64,000 nt of DNA, from contig JBMNIF010000002.1 of assembly GCA_050950765.1 (NCBI GenBank), forward strand, positions 768,001 through 832,000, given 5' to 3'. Positions 1-9,800 of the stretch are shown piece by piece. The notes under the pieces were generated by a model. That model was not told where the DNA came from, ran no database searches, and saw only the letters and a program-made list of their open reading frames with translations. The stretch is from Bdellovibrionota bacterium. GTDB lineage: Bacteria > Bdellovibrionota_C > UBA2361 > JAAYZI01. Within the stretch, counting starts at the first letter, position 1, and each line of letters starts with the position of its first letter. A program made the position numbers and the translations under genes.

Positions 1-96
1 CGTCGAGTCGGGGTTTTATTGGCACGTGCAGAAAGTGTTGAAGCTGCCAAAGAAAAAGTTTTTAAGATGAGTCAAAAATTAAAAGTTATTTTGTAG
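1..96 (+). CDS. purT: 3' end of formate-dependent phosphoribosylglycinamide formyltransferase (partial)
   Basis: Frame 1 reads RRVGVLLARAESVEAAKEKVFKMSQKLKVIL* (TAG at 94-96), resembling the PurT C-terminus (RRxGVxLA.aesv..A). Confidence 0.7.
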   Translation, partial: RRVGVLLARAESVEAAKEKVFKMSQKLKVIL

Positions 97-259
97 TTTT
101 TGTACAAAAGAGATCTATAAATAATCTTATGAAACTATTCCTACGTTTATATCTTAGATAGAGTACGACGTAGGACTTACTTATCTTAAAAGTCTTTTTT
201 CCTTTTATCGTGCTGAAGTATTACGATACGAAAAAAGCTTTAATAGTTTTTAACGCTCT

Positions 260-484
260 TTAACCTTTTATCGTTTCGTTGGAAGCGTCGCTTTTAGGTG
301 GATTCTGATTGTGTCCGATATGTTCACCTTCTATCTCAGAATCATGATCTGATTCGACAAAGAAGACGACCGGTAGACAACCACACTCAAAGCAAACGTT
401 TTGTGGACAATTCTCCTGATAGCTGGAGATTAACCATGAAAAATCCGGATCTGTTAATTCATAAGGGAAAACTGCTCTGCCCAT
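260..484 (-). CDS. small hypothetical protein (74 aa, Cys cluster, acidic tail)
   Basis: Strong RBS AGGAGGT upstream of ATG at 484 (MGRAVFPYELTDPDFSWLISSYQENCPQNVCFECGCLP...). The ORF track extends it to 625. Confidence 0.6.
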   Translation of the reverse strand: MGRAVFPYELTDPDFSWLISSYQENCPQNVCFECGCLPVVFFVESDHDSEIEGEHIGHNQNPPKSDASNETIKG

Positions 485-737
485 AGACACCACCTCCTGA
501 AAGTTCCGTTGTTTTGTTACAAAACTTGAACCCCATCCATTCCTACCTCTTAAATACGTTTTTCGGCGAAAATATTTTAAAACTTGAGTATGGATTTTAA
601 ATAAGATACCTAAAAAAAGGTGCAAAAAATGGTAATAAAATCAAGCTACTACTAGAAGCAGAAGGGTTGCTGCGATTCACTCAAGTAAAAACCTCACTTT
701 ATGCTTAATTTTCGCTTAAATTGAATGAATTATGTAA

Positions 738-750
738 AATCAACACCTTA
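738..750 (+). promoter_or_regulatory. IHF consensus site
   Basis: AATCAA-CACC-TTA matches WATCAA-N4-TTR, in a divergent intergenic region. Confidence 0.35.
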
Positions 751-838
751 TTAACAGAAGTGGAGGATATTGAAGGCAATTCTTCTTTTTAGAGGGGTGG
801 TTGCGGAGTTGATCTATCCTAAATTATTATCTCTTCTT

Positions 839-1777
839 ATGAAGAAAAATAATTGCTTATTTATTATCTTAGCTAACGTGCTTTTAACTGTTTTTACGTG
901 TAGTGCTGATGATTCTGCTTTAAACGGTATCGTCGCCACAGTTAATGGCGAGCCTTTTACATTAAGAGATCTTAATAAAAGGCTCTCTCCTCCGAGAAAG
1001 TTAACGATGCAGCAGGCTGCCACAGACCCTGAAGCTAAAATCGCCTTAGATCAACTTATCCTTGAAAAGTTAATAGAAGAAGAGGCCAAGTTGCGACGGG
1101 TTGTTGTGAGTGCGGAAGAGGTCGAGAGGTATTTAAATGAATTAGCTGTGCGTAACGAGCTTTCCAGAGAGGAGTTCGAAAAAGTTTTTAAGAAGCAGAG
1201 TGGAAAAACGATTGAAACCTTTAAAAAAGAGGTGGCAGCGCAGATCTTGAAATCAAAGTTGGCGGGAGAGTTAATTAGAGATAGCTCTGCTGTAACGGAT
1301 AGAGAGATTGATGAATATATTAAAGATCATCCGGAGCTGGTGCACAATGGCGGGAAGATAAAGTTAAGTCAGATTATGCTAAGTGGAAAAGATGAAGCTA
1401 CTAGAAAAAAAGCAGAGGAGTTGAGAGCTACCTTAGCGGAGTCGGGCGATTTCGCAGAAGCTGCACGAAAGTTTTCAAGCTCTCCCGAAGCGGCGTCGGG
1501 TGGTTCACTTGGTGTCGTTGCTGAAAAAGATCTAGCTCCTGCTGTTTTTGATGCCGTGTTCTCTTTACGCATAGGAGAGGTTAGTGAAGTGGTAAGTTCA
1601 GCAGAGGGGCATCATATCTTTAAAGTTGAAGATCGCGTTTCAGATAATGAAGATGATCAGAAGAGGTTACGAACGGAGGTAGATCAGATCTTAAAACAGA
1701 AAAAACTTGAAGCAAGGTTACAAGATTACTTTAATGTAGATCTATTTACTAATCATTTTGTGGATAAAAAGATCTAG
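839..1777 (+). CDS. surA: SurA/PrsA-family peptidyl-prolyl isomerase chaperone
   Basis: Signal peptide, IVATVNGEPFT SurA N-domain, parvulin motif FAEAARKFS...GGSLG...GEVSEVV...GHHIFKV. Start placed at ATG 839 (ORF track gives 770). Confidence 0.8.
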   Translation: MKKNNCLFIILANVLLTVFTCSADDSALNGIVATVNGEPFTLRDLNKRLSPPRKLTMQQAATDPEAKIALDQLILEKLIEEEAKLRRVVVSAEEVERYLNELAVRNELSREEFEKVFKKQSGKTIETFKKEVAAQILKSKLAGELIRDSSAVTDREIDEYIKDHPELVHNGGKIKLSQIMLSGKDEATRKKAEELRATLAESGDFAEAARKFSSSPEAASGGSLGVVAEKDLAPAVFDAVFSLRIGEVSEVVSSAEGHHIFKVEDRVSDNEDDQKRLRTEVDQILKQKKLEARLQDYFNVDLFTNHFVDKKI

Positions 1778-3144
1778 TGCAGATTAATCGGAATATTTTT
1801 AGAGCTTATGATATTCGTGGTAATGTCGAACGGGACTTGTCGCCACAATTTGCGCACCTTCTGGGGCGTACCTTTGGAGAACTCGTTAAATCAGAAAAAC
1901 GTAATGAAATAGCGATCGCTTGGGATTGTCGTAAAACTTCTGCGCTTTACGCAGATAATGTACGGCTTGGTCTACTAGAGGCGGGTGTTAATTGTGTTAT
2001 CTTGGGGCTCTGCTCAACACCGCAACTATATTGGAGTATTGTAAAAAACGATTTTGGCGGTGGGGTGCAGGTAACGGGGAGTCACAATGCTATTACTATG
2101 AACGGCTTTAAACTGTGTCTCGGTGCTAAAGGTCTTAGTACGGATCAGATTATTAAATTACACGATTCAATGGTTGAACACGGTGAAATGGTGCCGGAGT
2201 TACAACTTGGTACTGAAAGAAAGTATGATTGTCATGCAGCTTATGTTGACGATCTCTTTAATCTAACTAAAGAACACTTTGGTGATAGGCACCTAAAGGT
2301 TGTTATTGATGGTGGTAACGGTGTGGCGGGGCCAGCAGGTGCAGCTGTTTTAAAAAAATTAGGAGTTGAAGTAATAGAGCTTTTTTGCGAACCGGATGGA
2401 TCATTTCCTAATCATCATCCTGATCCATCAGTAGAAGCAAACTTGCAAAATCTGATAGAGAAAGTTTGTCAGGAAAAAGCCGATCTCGGAATCGCTTGGG
2501 ATGGGGATGGAGATAGGATCGGTGTGGTAGATGAGCGTGGAGAGATCATCTTCGTTGATATTTTAATATTGCTGTATGCTTTGGAAATTCTAAAAGAGGA
2601 AGCAGGTATAACGGTTGTAGCTGATGTTAAGTGTTCCGATAAGCTTTTTAGTGAAGTTAATAAAGCTGGTGGAAAGGCGATCATGTGGCATTCAGGACAC
2701 TCCTTAATGAAGCAAAAAGTTTTTGAAACAGGGGCTGCTTTAGGTGGAGAGTTGTCGGGACATATCTTCTTTAAACACCGTTTCTATGGCTTTGATGATG
2801 GTGTTTATTGTGCTTGTAGATTACTTGAGATTTTAAGCAATACGGATAAAACGTTATCTGAATTGATAGCGCAGTATCCGAAAACAGTTGCAACACCTGA
2901 AATCAGGGTGCCGTGTCCTGATGAGATTAAGTTTGAAGTTATTACAAAGTTACAAGAGAGGCTTAAAGATCTGCCGATTTGCACCCTTGATGGGGTGCGG
3001 ATTACCTTTAATAATGGCTGGGGGCTTGTTCGTGCTTCTAATACGGAGCCAGCCCTAACTTTAAGGGTTGAAGCAGATACTGCAACACACCTCTCGCAAT
3101 ACCGAAGCTTTTTAGAAGGTCTTGTGGCTGAAGTTAGAGAATAG
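1777..3144 (+). CDS. phosphomannomutase/phosphoglucomutase (AlgC-like)
   Basis: IFRAYDIRG, TGSHN phosphoserine loop, DGDGDR metal loop, GELSGH, RASNTEP. Confidence 0.95.
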   Translation: MQINRNIFRAYDIRGNVERDLSPQFAHLLGRTFGELVKSEKRNEIAIAWDCRKTSALYADNVRLGLLEAGVNCVILGLCSTPQLYWSIVKNDFGGGVQVTGSHNAITMNGFKLCLGAKGLSTDQIIKLHDSMVEHGEMVPELQLGTERKYDCHAAYVDDLFNLTKEHFGDRHLKVVIDGGNGVAGPAGAAVLKKLGVEVIELFCEPDGSFPNHHPDPSVEANLQNLIEKVCQEKADLGIAWDGDGDRIGVVDERGEIIFVDILILLYALEILKEEAGITVVADVKCSDKLFSEVNKAGGKAIMWHSGHSLMKQKVFETGAALGGELSGHIFFKHRFYGFDDGVYCACRLLEILSNTDKTLSELIAQYPKTVATPEIRVPCPDEIKFEVITKLQERLKDLPICTLDGVRITFNNGWGLVRASNTEPALTLRVEADTATHLSQYRSFLEGLVAEVRE

Positions 3145-3151
3145 CCTATCT

Positions 3152-5665
3152 ATGAGTAAGGAAAGTTCAAAAGTTGAAGTTATCGAGGTCATTGCTGCTG
3201 CTGAACATAATTTAAAAAATGTTTCATGCACCATTCCGAAAGGAAAGGTCTCTGTTATTAGTGGTCCCTCTGGTGCTGGTAAAACTTCACTTGCTATTGA
3301 TACTATCTTTGCCGAGAGTGCTTATAGGTTAAATGCCTTAAATACGGTTTTAAATCCGTTAAAAGGAAACGCACTTTGTATCTCACGTCCAAAGGTTAAA
3401 AAGATAACGGGGCTCCCCCCTGTCTATTATCGAAAAGAGAAGACGTTATTAAAGAATCATACAGTTGCTAGTTTTATAGGCTTGGATCTCCTCTTTGCAG
3501 AGCTGTTTAAGAGGCATGGAGAGAGACCGTGCCCTTCTTGTAAAAAAGGAGAGATTATTGCGACAACACACACCTCTGCTGCGGAGGAATGTGTCGCACA
3601 AGCTTCAGGATTTGTGGCAATCTGTGGTGTTATTAAAAGTGATGGGCTTTCTGAAGAGGAAGCGTTGGAGCTTTTTAATAAGGTCTTATTAAATGCCTCT
3701 TCTCGAGTTGTTTTTCAAGGAAAGATAATTGATCTTGATGATGATGAACACCTAAAAGGTGAAATAATAAAACTTTATATAAAAGATAAACAACCTATTA
3801 CCGTAGTTGTTGATCGTTTAGATCCGTCGCAAGATAGTCGCAGATTAAAGCAAGCTTTAAATTTGGCAGAATCATTACAGAGTAACGGTGTTGTAACGTT
3901 AGAGCTTGATTCTAAGGGTGATGTTCGGTCTACTTCTGCAAAACATTTTGCAGAAAGTGGTATCTGTAATAGGTGTGGCTATACTTCGTTTGTTGTATCG
4001 GAAGGTATTTTTAGCTGCAAATTGCTAGGAGACGCTACCTTTAATGGTGGTTTTAAAGGGCTTGAAGGCTTTTCATATTTAAGTGCAACGCAACAGGAGG
4101 AGTTCCTCACCTATCGTTTAGGCGGATACCTTCTTGAAGATCTTCTGCAAAAAACTACTGCTGAATTACTAGATCTGTTACGCCCCTTGAGCGAAACGGA
4201 TTCTCTTGTAAATCTCTTAAATATCTTACAACGTCTCGGATTGGGGCATCTTTCGGCGCTTAGGACTTGTAAAACTCTTTCAAATGGTGAGTTGCAACGG
4301 GTGCAATTAGTAAACTCTTTTAACCGTATCGTTCGAGGAACGTTATTAGTGTTGGATGAACCAACCTCCGGTTTGCACGACCTTGATATTCCGCCCCTAC
4401 TTAAGATCTTTCAAGAATTCTCTGCAAACGGTGTGGGGCTTTTGCTTGTCGAAAATAATAGACAGGTTCTTGCTATTGCAGATCATCAGATAATTTTAGG
4501 AGAAGGTGCTGGTATTTATGGCGGAAACGTTATCTATGAGGGGAAGCCGCAAAAAAGAGAGGGGAAAGAGAAGTTAAAGGTAGGACGTGCTAAAAATATA
4601 GATAGAAGTTTTTTTCCTAATGAAGAGGAGTTGCAAAAAAGAGAGGGTAAAGAGGAGTTAAAGGTAGCGCATAGTAAAAATATAGATAGCAATTCTTTTC
4701 CTGCCATTCATCTAAAGGGTGTAACGGTACACAATCTCAAGTCCATTGATGTTGATTTTCCATTACGATCTTTAACTTGTGTTAGTGGTGTTTCGGGAGC
4801 AGGCAAAAGCTCTCTTGTCTTTGAAACACTTTTACCAACTTTAAAAAAAGTAACGAAGCTTCCTTCTAAGACCTCTTTTCCTTATACGGAAAGATCGGAG
4901 GTTAATTTTTCCGAATTGATTTGTGATGAAGGTGTTAGCCGTGTAGTAGCGGCACCTCTTGCTTCTGAGGTCTTAACTCCAAGATCTTTTGTTGCTGGTT
5001 ATGTCGGGATCTTTCCTTTTTTAAAAACGCTCTTTTCTCAACTTCCTCTTGCTCGAATGCGTGGTTTTAAAGAAAAGGATTTTTCTTTTGTGCATAATGC
5101 CTGTGCAGAATGTGGTGGAACGGGGTGGCTACCGTCTGGAGTTTGTCATCTTTGTAAAGGACAACACTTTAATGAGGCTTTATTAGAGGTGAAATTTAAG
5201 GGTCTCTCTATCTCTGAGATATTGGATAGGTCGGCAGCGGAGGTTGTAGATATTATCGGGGTTATCCCACGTTGTAGGGAGCGTTTGGAGCTTTTAAAGA
5301 AATTTCATCTTGATTACTTACCGTTAAAACAACCGTTAAATAGTGTTAGTTATGGAGAGTTGCAACGCTTAAAGTTTGTAAAGGAGTTTAGTCGTAGTAG
5401 TAAGCCCGCAATCTATCTTTTTGATGAACCTGCTTCAGGCTTGGATGATAAAGAGATCGTTAATTTGCTAACTGTTTTTCAGGAGTTTATTAAACACGGT
5501 AATACTATTATTGCGATTGAGCATAGAGATGTCTTTGTTAAAGGTGCAGATTGGATCGTTGATTTGGGGAGATCTGCTGGAGCCAAAGGAGGTGCGTTAG
5601 TGGCGCAAGGATCTTTTGAAGACGTTGTTAAAAATGAGCGTTCTGCCACAGCAGCTCTTCAATGA
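3152..5665 (+). CDS. UvrA-like excinuclease ABC ATPase (divergent)
   Basis: AAEHNLKNV...GPSGAGKT, LSNGELQR...LDEPTSGLH, HNLKSIDV...GVSGAGKS, CxxC zinc fingers, IEH...ADWIVDLG. More divergent than canonical UvrA. Confidence 0.8.
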   Translation: MSKESSKVEVIEVIAAAEHNLKNVSCTIPKGKVSVISGPSGAGKTSLAIDTIFAESAYRLNALNTVLNPLKGNALCISRPKVKKITGLPPVYYRKEKTLLKNHTVASFIGLDLLFAELFKRHGERPCPSCKKGEIIATTHTSAAEECVAQASGFVAICGVIKSDGLSEEEALELFNKVLLNASSRVVFQGKIIDLDDDEHLKGEIIKLYIKDKQPITVVVDRLDPSQDSRRLKQALNLAESLQSNGVVTLELDSKGDVRSTSAKHFAESGICNRCGYTSFVVSEGIFSCKLLGDATFNGGFKGLEGFSYLSATQQEEFLTYRLGGYLLEDLLQKTTAELLDLLRPLSETDSLVNLLNILQRLGLGHLSALRTCKTLSNGELQRVQLVNSFNRIVRGTLLVLDEPTSGLHDLDIPPLLKIFQEFSANGVGLLLVENNRQVLAIADHQIILGEGAGIYGGNVIYEGKPQKREGKEKLKVGRAKNIDRSFFPNEEELQKREGKEELKVAHSKNIDSNSFPAIHLKGVTVHNLKSIDVDFPLRSLTCVSGVSGAGKSSLVFETLLPTLKKVTKLPSKTSFPYTERSEVNFSELICDEGVSRVVAAPLASEVLTPRSFVAGYVGIFPFLKTLFSQLPLARMRGFKEKDFSFVHNACAECGGTGWLPSGVCHLCKGQHFNEALLEVKFKGLSISEILDRSAAEVVDIIGVIPRCRERLELLKKFHLDYLPLKQPLNSVSYGELQRLKFVKEFSRSSKPAIYLFDEPASGLDDKEIVNLLTVFQEFIKHGNTIIAIEHRDVFVKGADWIVDLGRSAGAKGGALVAQGSFEDVVKNERSATAALQ
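4549..4705 (+). repeat. 84-bp in-frame tandem duplication in the uvrA-like inter-domain linker
   Basis: QKREGKEKLKVGRAKNIDRSFFP / QKREGKEELKVAHSKNIDSNSFP, with copies starting at 4549 and 4633. Confidence 0.85.
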
Positions 5666-5700
5666 TCTCTAGCGCTCTTTAAATAAGGTTTATATAAAAA

Positions 5701-6675
5701 ATGAGAGATGGATCCGAAAAAATAGCTGTTCTTTTATGTAATCTCGGAACGCCAGAAGCGCCTACTGCTAAAGGGGTAAAAGCTTTTTTAAAGGCTTTTC
5801 TTTCAGATCCGCGAGTGATTGAGAAGCAAAATCTTCTTTGGAAGTTAATCTTATATCTTGTTATCCTACCGTTTTCTTCAAGAAAAAGTGTAGAACGGTA
5901 TAAAAGTATCTGGAGTGAAAACGGGTCTCCTTTAACTTGTAACACTTATGCTTTGGCAGAAACTTTACAAGCGCGACTTAATCAGAGAGAGGTTAAAGGA
6001 GAAGTTGCTATTGGGATGCGTTACGGGAACCCCGCCATTATTGCAGAGCTGGATAGACTCCTTGAAAAAGGTTTTTCTGAAATCGTTGTTTTCCCCCTTT
6101 TCCCGCAGTATGCTTCGGCAACAGTTGGTTCGATTAAAGAGGTAGTTCTGCACCATATAGCGCGGAAGTTAGTTGTTCCGGAAGTACGTTTTGTTAAACC
6201 GTACTATGATAATGAAAGTTATATTGAAGCTTTGTCGGAGAGTGTTTTGGAGCAGCTTGGAGAGAAAACGCCGCAAGCTCTCTTACTCTCTTATCACGCT
6301 TTGCCGATTGAGAGCACCTCTCGCGGAGAGCCTTATCATGAGATGTGTTGCAAAACGACAAAAGCTTTAAGTGAAAAATTAGGCAAAACCTCCTTTAAGA
6401 TTGTGCACTGTTATCAATCTCGTTTCGGAAGGGGTAAGTGGCTTGCCCCTGATATAAAAGATGTTGTTACAGCTCTGGCAGCAGAGGGTATAAAAGATAT
6501 CGCTGTGGCATGCCCTAGCTTTTTAACAGATTGTTTAGAAACTTTGCTTGAAATAGATCACAGTTTAAGGACGCACTTTATGGCATTAGGTGGTGAATCT
6601 TTTCACTATATAAGGTGTTTAAACTGTGAAAAAAGGTGGGTTGATAGTATTATAAAGATTTCAGGTCTTATTTAA
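5701..6675 (+). CDS. hemH: ferrochelatase
   Basis: LLCNLGTP...FLSDPRVIE, MRYGNP, PLFPQY, SYH, QSRFG..WL.P, DCLETL.EI motifs. Confidence 0.95.
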   Translation: MRDGSEKIAVLLCNLGTPEAPTAKGVKAFLKAFLSDPRVIEKQNLLWKLILYLVILPFSSRKSVERYKSIWSENGSPLTCNTYALAETLQARLNQREVKGEVAIGMRYGNPAIIAELDRLLEKGFSEIVVFPLFPQYASATVGSIKEVVLHHIARKLVVPEVRFVKPYYDNESYIEALSESVLEQLGEKTPQALLLSYHALPIESTSRGEPYHEMCCKTTKALSEKLGKTSFKIVHCYQSRFGRGKWLAPDIKDVVTALAAEGIKDIAVACPSFLTDCLETLLEIDHSLRTHFMALGGESFHYIRCLNCEKRWVDSIIKISGLI

Positions 6676-6804
6676 ACTCTTGCTATAAATCAAGGTGTTT
6701 GCTGATTGTGAAAAGATATAACAGAATGAAGGCGGCATAAGGCTAATTTTGAACAGGATAAATTTTAGCAAAATAAAAACAAAACAAAAAAAGGTGTAAC
6801 TCAG

Positions 6805-9800
6805 ATGAAAAAAGAAAGGATGATGAAGGTAAAGACAGTAGTATTCCTATTATCACTAATCTTACTACTGCTAATCGGTGTTCCCAACTTTTTTAACTTT
6901 ACCTCTAATGCAGCCGATGATCTTATTAGTTCTGATCTTAAAAGATCAGACGCTGCCCTCTTACCCGCAACACTACCGTTTGACCTCACTACTAAAAAGG
7001 GAGGAGAGGTTATAAAATGCACTAACTTTAGTGAGACTTTAGATGCTACTGTTTCAATAACTGTAATCGGTGCTAAAAATGAAGTTACAACTGAAGATAT
7101 CTCTATTAAAAGTGCTTCAGAAGAAGTTTTCGATATTAGACAGATTGCAGGATTTAAAAAGAAAATTAAAAGGTCAAAATACGGTATAATTGATTTTAAC
7201 TCACAAGATAAAGATGTAAGTTGTGAGATAATCAGTTATGACTATCAGTATCGTGATATTTTAAAAGATGTTTATAGTACCCGTTCAGTTGGAAGAGATG
7301 ACATCCTCTCTGGAGAGAGCTACATTATTGCAAGCCCTCATATCTATAAAAAACCCCTTGCTCTAAAAACCCTCGTTATTCACAACACCGCTTCAGAACC
7401 ATTAAATCTAAATATTACAGGATACTCTAATGTAGGAAAGAAGATTCTAGGAAAAGATAACGTTTCAATCCCTCCTTATGGCAGATACGCCCTAAGAGTA
7501 CGTAACTCTGCCCACGCCACATATCACCTTACACCTAACGTTACAGAAGGGGCTGCTACACCCCAATATGTAGCTTATTTAAGGGTAACCTCTAATGCCC
7601 GTGAGTCTGCTCCTTATCAGAAAGTACACTTTATAAAACCGAGTAAAACCTTTGAAGAGAGCGCCCTTTTCCCTGCAAAAGGGGTGCTAGTTGTTTCAAA
7701 TATAAGTTCAGCTCCTACACTATTTAACTATGAAGTTTATACGAAAGGTTTAAAGGTTTATGAAGGTACAGAGTGGGTTTTACCGTATGCACAGAGGTAC
7801 TTGGATTTAAAGAAGCAACTTAAGAAGTTAGATAAACCAACGATAAAACTTATCCCTGAAAATCAGTTTCGTCCTAAGGTATGTGATAGTGAAGGTAAAT
7901 GTGTAACCTCCATGCAGCGGGGACTCCTCGTGGTTAATCAGTATGACAGTGTGAAACGGAATCCGTACCAAGTTTTTGATAACCGTTATTATAACGGCAC
8001 CTCTCTATTTGCTACATTTGATAATACCTTAAAGGAGAAGACAACATTACAGATAGTTAATTCAAACCCTAAAGATGCAGAGGTATCTTTACTGATAAAT
8101 CAAGGTGGTGATTATAAAAAACATATTTACACACTTGGAGGGAACTCAACTTTAACCGTAGCATTAAGAAAGCTAGTTAAGAAAAACACCTTAGGTTATA
8201 TCCTTTTTTCTTCAGATAAGGCTATTACAGTATACGTTCGTTCTTTTTATAAGGGAGGTTCAAGTAGAGAATACTTTGCTACACCGTTAGAGAACTTAGA
8301 TAGTGATTTTGTTAGTGATAGTAGGTTTAGAGATAATACCTTACAGGAGAGTTTTAACTTTAGCTCTGCCGTTACCTATTCAAAATTACCTGTAACGTGT
8401 TTTAAGTATGCTGGTTTTAAAGACAGTGATGGTGATGGTTTATGTGACCACGAAGAGGTAGCGATCGGCTCTAATCCTAGAAAAACAGATACAGATAATG
8501 ACGGTATCTCTGATGGTGAGGAGCTTTATCACTATTTTTCATCACCCCTTTTAAAGGATAGTGATAACGACGGTTACTCTGATGCAGAGGAGATTGAAGC
8601 AGGAACGAGACCCTACGATGCGAATGTTTTTCCTGAAAGAGAGTTTGGAGATCTTACGATTCGTTTTGATAGTACAGGGCAGGTTATGAAAACTCGTCCA
8701 CCTATCTCTTATGCTTTAAACTCTGCACATACTTGGCCAGGAAATACATTTAAAAGTAGTGATTGGGAGTATCCAAGTATTACGGCGTTGATACCATTTT
8801 TTGCGCATTCTAAAGCTACAACTACTTCTCATGTTGAACTTTACAATAAAATAGCAAGAGGAGAACCTATTACTTACGGTGTTGTAGATATGAGGAAATC
8901 CGAGACCGCACGAAAAAAATTTTCTCGGGATGATCTTGCAGAGCTTGCGCAGATGTATATTGAAGCTTATTTGGGGATGATAAGAGACGTTATAAAAAAT
9001 GCCTCTTGTGAAGTTAAAGAGGATCTAGGAGGTATAAAGGAGACTCCGTCTCAGGATGAAGACGCTTTACTTCAAGGTGATAGGGTTCCTGAAGGTGCCC
9101 CAGATATCTTTATAAGGTTAATTGATCAGGAGTGTGATGGTGAACATTGGTATACTGCTACTTCTTATGTGGATCCCTTTACTAGAGAACTTACTCTTTG
9201 GCGGGTAGGCATTGAGCCTGCGTCGAAGACAGAATACACACTTGCACATGAGCTTGGGCATAAGTTTGGACTTATAGATCTATATCAAACAGGTATAAGG
9301 GATGTATTTCCTAGATCTATAATGAAAAGTGATAGTTACTGCATGACAGGCTTTGATGTGCTTAATATCTATATTAGAAGCATTATGCAGCTAACTAATT
9401 TTCAACTCTCTTATTCTGATATTATTCAAGATCATCTGCATAGTTGTACTACTGATGCAATACCTGACGGAGTAAAGATAGTTTATGAATATGATGGTAA
9501 AGTTCAAGAAACTCCTTGCTTTAAAAAAGAAGAGATAATTATCATTTCTCCTTTATCAGGGGAAATTTTTGAATATGAATGGTGTGTATATAATGAATTA
9601 CGCAGTGTAGAGAGAAGTAAGATAGGATCAGAGAGAATTAAAGAAGTAGAGCGGTTAAAAATTTTTCCTGCTACAATAGTAAGCCCGATGTGTGATCCTA
9701 AAGACATTGAGTGCAACAATAAGCACGTTAAGTGTCGCCAAGAGTTTTTTAATACCTATATAAAATGTGTTGTTTATAAGGGTGAGCAGCTGCAAGCTTG

